Shown: positions 1-9,778 of the stretch, piece by piece | How positions within the stretch are numbered: position 1 is the first letter of the stretch | Layout: each line of letters opens with the position of its first letter | NCBI GenBank assembly: GCA_027019175.1 | Contig: JALUXB010000009.1 | Span: 34,311 to 98,310, forward strand | Source of the DNA: Sulfurovum sp. | Lineage (GTDB): Bacteria; Campylobacterota; Campylobacteria; Campylobacterales; Sulfurovaceae | Direction of reading: 5' to 3' | Length of the DNA stretch: 64,000 nt | Translations under genes and position numbers: made by a program | Notes under the pieces: model-generated | Told to the model about the DNA's origin: nothing | Database searches by the model: none | What the model saw: the letters and a program-made list of their open reading frames with translations, nothing else

Positions 1-166
1 ATCATGGCACTCCTGCGGCAAAGACAGATAAGGGTTGGTCAGTTTCAATTCGCTCAGTTTCATACCCAAATAGTATCAGCCAATTCTTAAATAGCACGAT
101 TGCATATTCCGGGTTAAACTATTTAGGAGTATAATACGCCCAATCATTGACAAAAGGATACAACCG

Positions 167-907
167 ATGGGTAGAGCGTTCGAATACCGCAAAGCGGCAA
201 AAATGAAACGATGGGGCACCATGTCCCGCCTGTTCCCAAAACTGGGAAAAGTCATTACCATGGCAGCCAAAGAGGGAGGATCACCCGACCCTGAAATGAA
301 TGCCAAACTGCGTACAGCCATTCTCAATGCCAAAGCACAGAATATGCCAAAAGACAACATTGAAGCAGCGATCAAACGTGCCTTCAATAAAGATGCAGCT
401 GACATTAAAGAGATCACCTATGATGTCAAAGCTCCCTACGGCGTACAGATGATCGTCGAGTGTGCAACAGACAACGGTACCCGTACCGTTGCCAATGTCA
501 AGGCAATTCTAAACCGTAACCATGCAGAGATGCTTACCTCCGGCTCACTCAACTTCATGTTTACCCGCAAAGCGGTTTTTGTTATTGACAAAACGGAAGA
601 TATGGATGTTGAAGAACTGGAACTGGATCTGATCGATTACGGACTGGAGGAGATCGAAGAAGATGTCGAACCGCAGGAAAACGGCGAAGACAAACCTATT
701 TTAAGAATTTATGGCGACTATACCGCTTTCGGTGATCTTAGCAAAGCCTTTGAAGAGCGCGGCATAGAGCCCAAAAAATCAACACTGGAGTACATTGCCA
801 ATACACCGGTTGACCTGAACGAAGAACAGCTTGAAGAGATAGAAGCGCTTATTGAAAAGCTGGAAGAGGATGATGACGTTCAAAACGTCTACACGAATAT
901 CAACTAA
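167..907 (+). CDS. yebC: YebC/PmpR family protein
   Basis: N-terminal [39 protein letters not shown] and C-terminal [13 protein letters not shown] are family hallmarks. Confidence 0.95.
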   Translation: MGRAFEYRKAAKMKRWGTMSRLFPKLGKVITMAAKEGGSPDPEMNAKLRTAILNAKAQNMPKDNIEAAIKRAFNKDAADIKEITYDVKAPYGVQMIVECATDNGTRTVANVKAILNRNHAEMLTSGSLNFMFTRKAVFVIDKTEDMDVEELELDLIDYGLEEIEEDVEPQENGEDKPILRIYGDYTAFGDLSKAFEERGIEPKKSTLEYIANTPVDLNEEQLEEIEALIEKLEEDDDVQNVYTNIN

Positions 908-976
908 CTTATACAGCGTTACAGGAGTCAGACTTTGATTCTGAACGCTGAATGCCAAAACAGGCTATAGCCTGTT

Positions 977-2575
977 TCAATGTTTCCCGTACTTCTCTAC
1001 AAACTCTTCGTAATTGCCTTCGAAATCGATCATCGTACCATCTTCATTAAGTTTGATAATACGGTTGGCAAAGGCATCGATGAGCTCACGGTCATGTGAT
1101 ACGACAATAGCCCCGCCTTCATAGCGGTGCAACGCTTCACCGAGTGAAACGATCGCTTCGAGGTCAAGATGGTTGTTGGGCTCATCCATCACAAGGAAAT
1201 TGGCGCTGTCCATCATCATCTTGCTCATCATCACACGGTGTTTTTCGCCTCCGGAACAGGCATCTACTTTCTTTTTCTGCTCCTCACCGCTAAAGAGCAT
1301 ACGTCCAAGTGTCTTTCGAATATCATCGATGTGCCATTTGGCATCAAACCCCTGTATCCACTGCGGTAGTTCCACATCGCCGGTAACAATATCCGTCGTG
1401 TTTTGTGGAAAGTAACTTGTAGTAATGGTCTGTCCCCAGCTGTAGCTGCCACTGTCCGGCTCCAGGTTCCCCATCAAAATCTCCAGCAGCGTCGTTTTCC
1501 CTACACCGTTGGTACCGATAAGGGCTATTTTGTCGCCTTTATTGACTTTAAACGAGATATTTTCAAATACCTTCTCGTCACCATAGCTCTTGGACAGTTC
1601 ATTGACCTCCAACACCTCGTTACCGATCTCTCTGTGTGGACGGAACATAATGGAGGGGTCGCGTCTGGAAGAGAGCTTTATTTCACCAACATCGAGTTTA
1701 TCGAGCTGTTTCTGCCGTGAAGTTGCCTGTTTAGCCTTGGAAGCATTCGCAGAAAAACGGGCAATGAATTTTTCAAGCTCTTCTTTCTCTTTAAGCGCCT
1801 TGCTTCTGTCCGCTTCAGCCTGCTTTGCCATCAGATTGGCTGCAATATACCACTCGTCATAGTTTCCGGTGAACTCACGGATGGTTTGAAAATCAAGGTC
1901 GAGAATATGGGTAACAACACCGTTAAGGAAGTGTCTATCATGTGAAATCACCAGCAAAGTTCCTTCATGACGTTTCAGTTCCTCTTCCAGCCATGCGATC
2001 GTCTCCATATCGAGGTTGTTCGTCGGCTCATCCAGCAGCAGTACATCGGGCTTGAGGAAGAGTACCTGAGCAAGCAAAATCTTAAACTTGTCACCGCCGG
2101 TAAGCAAACTCATCAGGTCATTGTGCTGTTCTACCGGGAATCCCAGCGTGGTCAGCAGTTTTTCGATTTTGACATCACTTTCATAGGTGGGGTCTTCATC
2201 GGCGCAGATCATCTCAAGCTCGGCAAGACGGTTATTGACCTCATCACTCTCGAAGTCCCCCTCCATATAGAGCTTCTCTTTCTCTTTTTGGGCATCATAG
2301 AGCTTTTTGTTACCGTAGAGTACGGCATCTTTGAGCGTAAAGTCTTCAAAAGCGTACTGGTTCTGGCTAAGCATCCCCAGTTTGAGTCCCGGCTGAAGCT
2401 GTACTTCGCCTTCACTTGGCTCAATTTCGCCTGCAAGAATCTTCATAAAGGTCGATTTTCCCGCCCCGTTGGCACCAATGAGTCCGTAGCGCTTGCCCAC
2501 ATCCAGGGTCTGGTTTATTTTTTCAAAAAGCACACGCTTTCCGTAACGCTGTGTTAAATTTACTGTAGAGAGCAT
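977..2575 (-). CDS. ABC-F family ATPase (YbiT-like)
   Basis: Two ABC cassettes (GANGAGKST, GTNGVGKTT; LLLDEPTNNLD, DEPNNHLD), no TM segments, inter-ABC linker. Confidence 0.92.
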   Translation of the reverse strand: MLSTVNLTQRYGKRVLFEKINQTLDVGKRYGLIGANGAGKSTFMKILAGEIEPSEGEVQLQPGLKLGMLSQNQYAFEDFTLKDAVLYGNKKLYDAQKEKEKLYMEGDFESDEVNNRLAELEMICADEDPTYESDVKIEKLLTTLGFPVEQHNDLMSLLTGGDKFKILLAQVLFLKPDVLLLDEPTNNLDMETIAWLEEELKRHEGTLLVISHDRHFLNGVVTHILDLDFQTIREFTGNYDEWYIAANLMAKQAEADRSKALKEKEELEKFIARFSANASKAKQATSRQKQLDKLDVGEIKLSSRRDPSIMFRPHREIGNEVLEVNELSKSYGDEKVFENISFKVNKGDKIALIGTNGVGKTTLLEILMGNLEPDSGSYSWGQTITTSYFPQNTTDIVTGDVELPQWIQGFDAKWHIDDIRKTLGRMLFSGEEQKKKVDACSGGEKHRVMMSKMMMDSANFLVMDEPNNHLDLEAIVSLGEALHRYEGGAIVVSHDRELIDAFANRIIKLNEDGTMIDFEGNYEEFVEKYGKH

Positions 2576-2701
2576 CGTTTGTTTCCTTCGTGCTGTAATA
2601 TGGTTGCGATTTTACCCAAATCTTCTGAAAGTGTCTTCAAACCATATCGAATAAACTTTTGAGTATAATCGTCAAATTTTTTTCCAAAGGAATACCGCAC
2701 T

Positions 2702-3910
2702 ATGCTAAGACGAGATTTCTTCAAACAAGCTGCGCTCATCGCAGGAAGTGCCGCTGTAGGCAGTACAACTGTCGATGCCGACACCACAACACACCCGGTT
2801 GACAACCGCAAAGTTGCCGACATTGCTTTTCCTCAAAAGCGTCCGCTCATCACCTACTCCGACCGGCCGCCGCTGCTGGAAACACCACGCGAAGTCTTTG
2901 CCAATCCCATTACGCCAAACGATCTCTTTTTTGTCCGCTGGCACATGCCGATGATCCCCACCTACATCAACCCGCACTACTTCTCCATCAAAATCGACGG
3001 AGAGGTTGAAAAACCTGTCAAGATCACTGTTGACTCTCTCAAAGATGATTTTGAACCTGTTGAGATCACCTCCGTGCTTCAGTGTGGCGGCAACAGCAGA
3101 AGTGCCTTTCATCCAACTCCAGGCGGCATCCAATGGGGACCGGGTGCAATGGGGTGTGCAAAGTGGAAAGGAGCGCGTCTTAAAGATGTACTTGCCAAGG
3201 CCGGTCTCAAAAAAGGGGCAGCCTGGATCAAGTTTCACGGCCTTGAAAAACCGGTCTACACCAAAACCGACGGCTTTGTGCGTGCGCTTGAACTTGACAA
3301 ACTGCATGACAAGATCATCATTGCCTACGAAATGAACGGTGAAGCACTCCCCTACCTCAACGGCTTTCCCGTACGCCTTATTTTACCGGGCTTTTACTCT
3401 GACAGCTGGGTAAAGATGCTCTCAAACATCACCGTTACCGGTACCAAGCCGAAGTTGCACTTTATGGACCATGCCTACCGCGTGCCCGACAACGAATGTG
3501 AGTGTGAAACACCAGACAACCTTGCAGCAAAAACCAAGCCCATCGAAGAGATGAATGTCAACTCACTCATCGGCTACCCTACAAGCGGTATACAGGTCAA
3601 ACAAGGAGCCAAACTCATTGTCCGAGGTGTGGCATTCGACGGCGGACACGGCATCGCTAAAGTAGAAATTTCCACAGACGGCGGTACCAGCTGGCAGAAG
3701 GCAACACTTGATGACGGTACTCAGGGATCATACGCCTACCGCAGCTTCAGACACACACTCATGCCCAAACAGGCGGGAACACTGTCAATTATGGCACGGG
3801 CAACGAACACCAAAGGTGAAACCCAGCCTTTTGCTGAAGAGGTCAAATGGAACCGCGGCGGCTATAAATACAACGGTATCGATGAAGTGACTGTGGAGGT
3901 GATATCGTGA
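2702..3910 (+). CDS. sorA: Sulfite:cytochrome c oxidoreductase molybdopterin subunit
   Basis: Tat signal RRDFFK, FFVRWH, Mo-ligand LQCGGNSR, NGFPVRLILPG, dimerisation domain GVAFDGG; followed by cytochrome c. Confidence 0.88.
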   Translation: MLRRDFFKQAALIAGSAAVGSTTVDADTTTHPVDNRKVADIAFPQKRPLITYSDRPPLLETPREVFANPITPNDLFFVRWHMPMIPTYINPHYFSIKIDGEVEKPVKITVDSLKDDFEPVEITSVLQCGGNSRSAFHPTPGGIQWGPGAMGCAKWKGARLKDVLAKAGLKKGAAWIKFHGLEKPVYTKTDGFVRALELDKLHDKIIIAYEMNGEALPYLNGFPVRLILPGFYSDSWVKMLSNITVTGTKPKLHFMDHAYRVPDNECECETPDNLAAKTKPIEEMNVNSLIGYPTSGIQVKQGAKLIVRGVAFDGGHGIAKVEISTDGGTSWQKATLDDGTQGSYAYRSFRHTLMPKQAGTLSIMARATNTKGETQPFAEEVKWNRGGYKYNGIDEVTVEVIS

Positions 3911-4239
3911 GAAAACAGATGGTCACTGCAGTCATCGCTGCTGTACTTATTACTTCGCTGGGGGCGGAAGAGAACAAAGCTGAGATACAAAAAGGCATTA
4001 AAATGCCCTATATGGCATTTCCAATGAAACAGGGCAAAGGAATGTACTCCACCAAAGGCAAATGCAATATGTGCCACTCCTGGGGGTATGTTCTCAACCA
4101 GGGACCACAGTCAAAAGCCTTCTGGCGCAAAAAGGTCATTAAGATGATAGATGTTTTTCAGGCACCCATCAAAAATGAGGACATTGACGAAGTGGTGGAA
4201 TATCTCTATAAGAATTACGGAAATGGGAAGGAAAATTAG
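3907..4239 (+). CDS. sorB: Monoheme cytochrome c subunit of sulfite dehydrogenase
   Basis: Signal peptide, single CNMCH heme motif, 4-bp overlap with sorA. Confidence 0.8.
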   Translation: MRKQMVTAVIAAVLITSLGAEENKAEIQKGIKMPYMAFPMKQGKGMYSTKGKCNMCHSWGYVLNQGPQSKAFWRKKVIKMIDVFQAPIKNEDIDEVVEYLYKNYGNGKEN

Positions 4240-4247
4240 ATAGAGAT

Positions 4248-4269
4248 GCAGGGTGCGTAATCACGCACC
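4248..4269 (+). repeat. GTAG-type REP palindrome (GCAG variant)
   Basis: GCAG-GGTGCGT-AATC-ACGCACC, between convergent sorB and arsC. Confidence 0.85.
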
Positions 4270-4306
4270 TTTGACACGTATTGAGATAACAAACACATCC
4301 CCGTTT

Positions 4307-4663
4307 CTAATTCTCATCTAACAGTTCGATTACCTTCTCAATCGGTCTGCCGATTGCCGCTTTGCCGTCTTTAATGACAATGGGACGTTCGATAAGTTTT
4401 GGATACTCCGCCATCGCTTCAATAAGTTTCTCTTCATCATCCACATCCCCCAGTCCAAGCTCTTTATAGATCGTCTCTTTGGTACGCATCAATTCTCGTG
4501 CGGAGATGCCCAGCATCTTAAGCACTTCCTTGATCTCCTCTTTTGTCGGCGGGGTATCGAGATATTTTACTACTTCGGCGTTAATGCCTTTCTCTTCGAG
4601 TAATTTAGCTGCATTCCGTGATTTGCTGCATCGGGGGTTATGCCAGATTGTTACTTTGCTCAT
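4307..4663 (-). CDS. arsC: Arsenate reductase (glutaredoxin), ArsC family
   Basis: HNPRCSKSR active-site motif and LIERPIV. Confidence 0.88.
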   Translation of the reverse strand: MSKVTIWHNPRCSKSRNAAKLLEEKGINAEVVKYLDTPPTKEEIKEVLKMLGISARELMRTKETIYKELGLGDVDDEEKLIEAMAEYPKLIERPIVIKDGKAAIGRPIEKVIELLDEN

Positions 4664-5220
4664 TCATTCTCTCCTTTATTGTTGGATTGTTGTTTTTTTC
4701 GCTGTTGCATCTGTGAAACGAAACGCTCTTCAGTTTCCAGTTTCATGAGAAGCCTTGCATTATTGACTCTCAGTTTACTGTTCTCCTCATTAAGACTCTC
4801 CATTCTCTCATTCAACGCCCGATGGGCATTTTTAAGTGCTTCATACCGTTCCGTAAGCTGGTCAAGCTGTGTTTTCGTCTGTCCCTGAAGCGTCTGAAGC
4901 GAGGCAAACTCTTTTTGTGTTTTTTCCAGTATCTCCGTTGTCTGTGCCAACCGTTTTTTTGTATCGTCAAACTGCTGCAGTTCCTGCTCGTTCTGCGCAT
5001 TTTTAATGTGCAGCACTTTCATTTCCTCTTCCAGTACCGCAATACGTTTCTCTTTGGCCTCATTGTCGATTTTAACATCGACATAGCGGTCTTTGTAGGT
5101 TTTGACACGCATACTCGCCACCACAACCACCAGTACCATAAAGAGTAGAATAACCACGCCGATGGCAGCACTTATCATCAGTACCGGATCACTCTGTACT
5201 CTGCTGATCAGTTCACCCAT
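4660..5220 (-). CDS. Membrane-anchored coiled-coil hypothetical protein
   Basis: N-terminal hydrophobic helix then heptad-rich E/Q/K/L region; 4-bp overlap with arsC. Confidence 0.75.
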   Translation of the reverse strand: MGELISRVQSDPVLMISAAIGVVILLFMVLVVVVASMRVKTYKDRYVDVKIDNEAKEKRIAVLEEEMKVLHIKNAQNEQELQQFDDTKKRLAQTTEILEKTQKEFASLQTLQGQTKTQLDQLTERYEALKNAHRALNERMESLNEENSKLRVNNARLLMKLETEERFVSQMQQRKKQQSNNKGENE

Positions 5221-5221
5221 T

Positions 5222-5746
5222 TTACCCCCTTATAAAGTCATATGCTGCCGGATAATGACACTTCATACGTGCTGCAGGCAGTTTCCCCTTGCCGTAACGC
5301 ATCTTTTGAAAAAGAATCTGTACTTTGTTGTCCAGATCGTCATAGTAGGCAACACTCTGGAGTCTACCGTTCTCATCTACTTTAATAGTATAGCGCTTTC
5401 CTTCATATTCCATGATATAAATATTTTTTTTGTAAGGTTTCGCCTTGTTTAAAATTTCGGCAAGGTCAAATATTTTTCCAATACGATAGGCCGATACCTG
5501 TTCAAGGTCATGATCGACTACCAGCACTTCCTTCCCGTCGGTACACACCTCTTTTTTTGTCGGAGAACGATAAGACCACTTCAGCAGATTTTCCTTGCTG
5601 AAAGCAACATTCCCTTTATAGGTGAGGACCCTGTTCTTCGGATTGGTCACAGTCTGCACAAAATCGGCAGTAAAGTGTTCCGGAAGTGTGATTTCCGATG
5701 CAAAAAGCGCGCCAAAACAAAGCAGTAATATCCATAACGTTTTCAT
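5222..5746 (-). CDS. lolA: Outer-membrane lipoprotein chaperone LolA family
   Basis: Signal peptide, FTADFVQTV, LKWSYRSP, DHDLEQVS; divergent from secA as in Campylobacterota. Confidence 0.85.
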   Translation of the reverse strand: MKTLWILLLCFGALFASEITLPEHFTADFVQTVTNPKNRVLTYKGNVAFSKENLLKWSYRSPTKKEVCTDGKEVLVVDHDLEQVSAYRIGKIFDLAEILNKAKPYKKNIYIMEYEGKRYTIKVDENGRLQSVAYYDDLDNKVQILFQKMRYGKGKLPAARMKCHYPAAYDFIRG

Positions 5747-5912
5747 TTTTTACCTTCTTTCATTGATGCAAATATATCCTAAAGCCACTTGAAAAGGATT
5801 GAGTTTACAGTACTACTCTACCGCCAAATTGTGAAGCTTCTGTGGATAACGGACTATTAATCACTTTTTGGATAAAATAGCCCACTCCAATATTACGCAA
5901 GGCAAGACAACC

Positions 5913-8552
5913 ATGATAAAAAGTCTACTCAAGGTTTTTGGTACCCAAAACGACAGAATCGTCAAAAAATATCTCAAAAGAGTCGAACAGATAAACGCAC
6001 TTGAAAGCAAGTACAAAGCGATGGATGATGACGCACTCAAAGAGGCTTTCAATACGCTCAAAGAGGCAGTCAACAGCGGTGAAAAAACGCTCGACGACGT
6101 ACTCTACGACTCCTTCGCCATTATCAGAGAGGCAAGCCAGCGTGTCCTTGGTATGCGCCATTACGATGTCCAGATGGTCGGGGGAATGGTACTGCATGAC
6201 GGAAACATTGCCGAAATGAAAACCGGTGAAGGTAAAACCCTCGTGGCTACCCTTGCAGTTGTACTCAATGCAATGACCGGCAAGGGCGTACACGTTGTTA
6301 CCGTTAACGATTACCTTGCCAAGCGTGACTCCGAAGAGATGGGGCAACTCTACAAATTCCTTGGCTATAGCGTCGGATGTATTACAGCTGATATTCAAGA
6401 TGAATTTGAGAGAAAAGCACAGTATGATGCCGATATCACCTACGGTACCAACAATGAATACGGCTTTGACTACCTGCGCGACAACATGAAAGTGCGTGCC
6501 GAAGAGAAGGTACAACGTGAGCACAACTATGCCATTGTCGATGAAGTTGACTCCATTCTTATCGATGAGGCAAGAACACCGCTGATCATTTCAGGTCCCA
6601 CACAGCGTGACCACAACCATTATGCCAGAGCGAATGAAATTGCCAAAAAAATGGAAAGAGGCAAAGAACTTCCTGCCAAGCCGGGTGAAGACAAAAAGAT
6701 GACCGGCGATTTTGTAGTCGATGAAAAAAACCGTACCATTGTCATGACAGAACAGGGACTGCAGAAAGCACAGGATCTCTTCGAGGTCGACAACCTCTAT
6801 TCACTTGAAAACGCCATTTTGGCACACCATCTTGATCAGGCACTCAAAGCACACCACCTCTTTGAAAAAGATGTCAACTATGTCGTACAGGACGGAGAAG
6901 TCATCATTGTCGATGAGTTTACCGGACGCCTCAGTGAAGGACGACGCTACTCTGAAGGCCTGCACCAGGCACTCGAAGCCAAAGAGGGCGTAGAGATACA
7001 GGAAGAGTCACAGACACTTGCCGAGATCACCTACCAGAACTATTTCCGTCTGTACAACAAACTTGCCGGTATGACAGGTACCGCACAGACCGAAGCGACA
7101 GAATTCGCACAGATATACGGACTGGAGGTCATTTCCATTCCTACCAATGTACCTGTACAGCGTATCGATAAAAATGACCTTATCTATAATACCGAACGTG
7201 AAAAGCTCGATGCAGTCGTACGAAAGGTCAAAGAGTACCATGAAAAAGGCCAGCCGGTACTTATCGGTACAGCCTCTATTGAAAAGTCGGAAATGATCCA
7301 TGAACGTCTCAAACAAGAGAAGATCCCGCACAATGTCCTCAATGCCAAAAACCACTTCCAGGAAGCGGAGATCATTAAAAATGCCGGCCAGAAAGGTGCC
7401 GTCACCGTTGCAACCAACATGGCGGGGCGCGGGGTCGACATCAAAATTGACGATGAAGTAAGAAAGCTTGGCGGTCTGGCGATCCTTGGTACGGAAAGAC
7501 ATGAATCACGCCGTATCGACAACCAGCTCCGCGGACGTTCCGGGCGTCAGGGCGATCCGGGCGAGAGCCAGTTCTTCCTCAGCCTCGACGATGATCTGCT
7601 GCGTATTTTCGGTGGTGAGAAGATACGTAATATCATGAACCGTCTCGGTGTTGAAGAGGGAGAGTATATCGACTCGAAGCTGGTTACCCGTTCTGTCGAA
7701 AAAGCACAGAAAAAGGTTGAAAACCAGCATTATGAAGCGCGTAAGCACATTCTTGAATACGATGATGTTGCCAATCATCAGCGTAAAGCCATCTATACAT
7801 TCAGAAACCAGTTGCTCGATCCTGAATTCGACATTGATGCCAAAATTAAAGAAAACAGGGAAGAGTATGTACAGCATTTACTCGATGAGGCCGATATTAT
7901 TGAAGGCATGCCGAGAGAAGATTACGACCTTGAACGTCTTGCAGCACTGATTCGTGAAGAATTGCTGATGGATTTGGAACCAGAAACGTTCAAAGACAAA
8001 GATGCTGACGAAATCAAAGAGATGATCATTTCACTCATGGAAAATCTTTACGAAGCCAAAATGAGTCAGCTTGAACCTGAACAGCGTAAAGAGATTGAAC
8101 GCATTATTTACCTTCAGGTGCTTGACCCTCAATGGCGAGACCACCTTTATGAAATGGATGTCCTCAAAACAGGTATCGGTCTGAGAGGATACAATCAGAA
8201 AGATCCCCTCACAGAATACAAGCAGGAAAGCTACAAACTCTTTACCGAACTGGTACAGCGCATTAAACACGAAGCAGTGAAAACCCTGCATCTGGTACAG
8301 TTTGACTTCACTTCTCCTGAAGAGGAAGAGCAGGCCATCGAGCAGATCCGCGAAGAGCTGGAGAGTGAAGTGGCAGATGCAACACTCAACCAGTCTTTTG
8401 AAGAAGGTGTGATTACAGAAGATCTTGACAAACTTGAACCGATCACCGGGACAAAAAAACCAAAACGTAATGACCCCTGCCCATGCGGTTCGGGTAAAAA
8501 ATATAAAAACTGCTGTGGTCAAAGCGGCCCCAAAAAAGGCCTTCTGGCCTGA
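5913..8552 (+). CDS. secA: Preprotein translocase ATPase SecA
   Basis: [29 protein letters not shown]-terminal [17 protein letters not shown]; start taken at ATG 5913 rather than track start 5868. Confidence 0.98.
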   Translation: MIKSLLKVFGTQNDRIVKKYLKRVEQINALESKYKAMDDDALKEAFNTLKEAVNSGEKTLDDVLYDSFAIIREASQRVLGMRHYDVQMVGGMVLHDGNIAEMKTGEGKTLVATLAVVLNAMTGKGVHVVTVNDYLAKRDSEEMGQLYKFLGYSVGCITADIQDEFERKAQYDADITYGTNNEYGFDYLRDNMKVRAEEKVQREHNYAIVDEVDSILIDEARTPLIISGPTQRDHNHYARANEIAKKMERGKELPAKPGEDKKMTGDFVVDEKNRTIVMTEQGLQKAQDLFEVDNLYSLENAILAHHLDQALKAHHLFEKDVNYVVQDGEVIIVDEFTGRLSEGRRYSEGLHQALEAKEGVEIQEESQTLAEITYQNYFRLYNKLAGMTGTAQTEATEFAQIYGLEVISIPTNVPVQRIDKNDLIYNTEREKLDAVVRKVKEYHEKGQPVLIGTASIEKSEMIHERLKQEKIPHNVLNAKNHFQEAEIIKNAGQKGAVTVATNMAGRGVDIKIDDEVRKLGGLAILGTERHESRRIDNQLRGRSGRQGDPGESQFFLSLDDDLLRIFGGEKIRNIMNRLGVEEGEYIDSKLVTRSVEKAQKKVENQHYEARKHILEYDDVANHQRKAIYTFRNQLLDPEFDIDAKIKENREEYVQHLLDEADIIEGMPREDYDLERLAALIREELLMDLEPETFKDKDADEIKEMIISLMENLYEAKMSQLEPEQRKEIERIIYLQVLDPQWRDHLYEMDVLKTGIGLRGYNQKDPLTEYKQESYKLFTELVQRIKHEAVKTLHLVQFDFTSPEEEEQAIEQIREELESEVADATLNQSFEEGVITEDLDKLEPITGTKKPKRNDPCPCGSGKKYKNCCGQSGPKKGLLA

Positions 8553-9778
8553 TGCGACCCTCGCTTAACGCTCCCAACAAAACCTTTGTACGGCGGATCA
8601 TCCGCCACTACCTCAAATACGACAAAGAAAACCCCTTTATTTTCATCTCTGCCATGCTTGCCTTTCTCGGTATAGCTGCGGGGGTTATGGTACTGATGAT
8701 CGCGATGGGGATCATGAACGGTACACAAAAAGAGTTCAAAAAGAAACTTTTTGTGATGAACTATCCGCTTACAGTATTGCCCGTGCGGGAAGATGCAGTC
8801 GACAGCACACTCATAAAAAAACTCTCCAGTGCCTTTCCTCACTTGAAGTTCAGCCCCTATTACACCACACAGGTCATTACCAAAAACGAAGGAGCCGTAC
8901 AGGGTTCGCTGCTCTACGGTGTCGATTTTGCAAAAGAGAGTGCCATCAATCCTATTTTCAAAAAAGCGAGTGCAAAGGGCAGTGCCAAAACACCTTTCCG
9001 CGTGATCATCGGAGATTCTCTCTCTTATGAAATGGATGCCCCCATCGGTAACAAAGTCACCCTCTACTTCTCGGAACAGCAGGCCATTGGATTTGCAACC
9101 ATGCCACTTCAAAAACGCTTTGTCGTAGACGGCATTTTCGACTCTGGACTGAAAGCCTATGACAAAGCCATCATGTATACGACACTCGAAGCTTTTGAAA
9201 GACTTCTCAAACGTAAACCCGGCATCTATGACGGACTGCATATCTACACACAAAACCCGCTTGAAGAGATCAAAGAGATCCGGAAAATACTTCCCGATAC
9301 TGTTGTCATTGAAGGGTGGTGGCAGCAAAACGGCAACTTCTTCTCTGCAATGGAAATGGAGAAAAAAGCACTCTTTCTGGTACTTTTGCTGATCATCCTT
9401 GTGGCTTCTCTTAACATTATCTCCTCACTTCTGATGACAGTAATGAGCCGCCGCAGTGAAATAGCGCTCATGCGTACGCTTGGAGCGACACAAAAAGAGA
9501 TCAGGATGATCTTTTTCAAGCTGGGACTTGCTATTGGCATGACCGGTATTGCAGCGGGTACGCTGCTGGGACTGCTGGGCATCTGGATATTGAAGACATT
9601 TGACATCATTTCCATGCCTGCTGATGTGTATGGAACCAGCCGCCTGCCGGTCGATCTCACTTTCAGTGATTTTGCCATGATCATTACCGGCACGGTAATC
9701 ATCATTATACTCTCTTCGCTCTATCCTGCTAGAAAAGCTGCACAGACTGACCCGCTGACGGTGCTTCGGAACGAGTAG
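8552..9778 (+). CDS. lolC: Lipoprotein-releasing ABC transporter permease LolC/E family
   Basis: GVMVLMIAMGIMNG, IALMRTLGAT, YPARKAAQTDPLTVLRNE; TGATG coupling to secA. Confidence 0.88.
   Translation: MRPSLNAPNKTFVRRIIRHYLKYDKENPFIFISAMLAFLGIAAGVMVLMIAMGIMNGTQKEFKKKLFVMNYPLTVLPVREDAVDSTLIKKLSSAFPHLKFSPYYTTQVITKNEGAVQGSLLYGVDFAKESAINPIFKKASAKGSAKTPFRVIIGDSLSYEMDAPIGNKVTLYFSEQQAIGFATMPLQKRFVVDGIFDSGLKAYDKAIMYTTLEAFERLLKRKPGIYDGLHIYTQNPLEEIKEIRKILPDTVVIEGWWQQNGNFFSAMEMEKKALFLVLLLIILVASLNIISSLLMTVMSRRSEIALMRTLGATQKEIRMIFFKLGLAIGMTGIAAGTLLGLLGIWILKTFDIISMPADVYGTSRLPVDLTFSDFAMIITGTVIIIILSSLYPARKAAQTDPLTVLRNE

Noticed and set aside
914-950. Imperfect hairpin after yebC as an ncRNA
   Set aside because: Short and single-copy between convergent genes; at most a terminator
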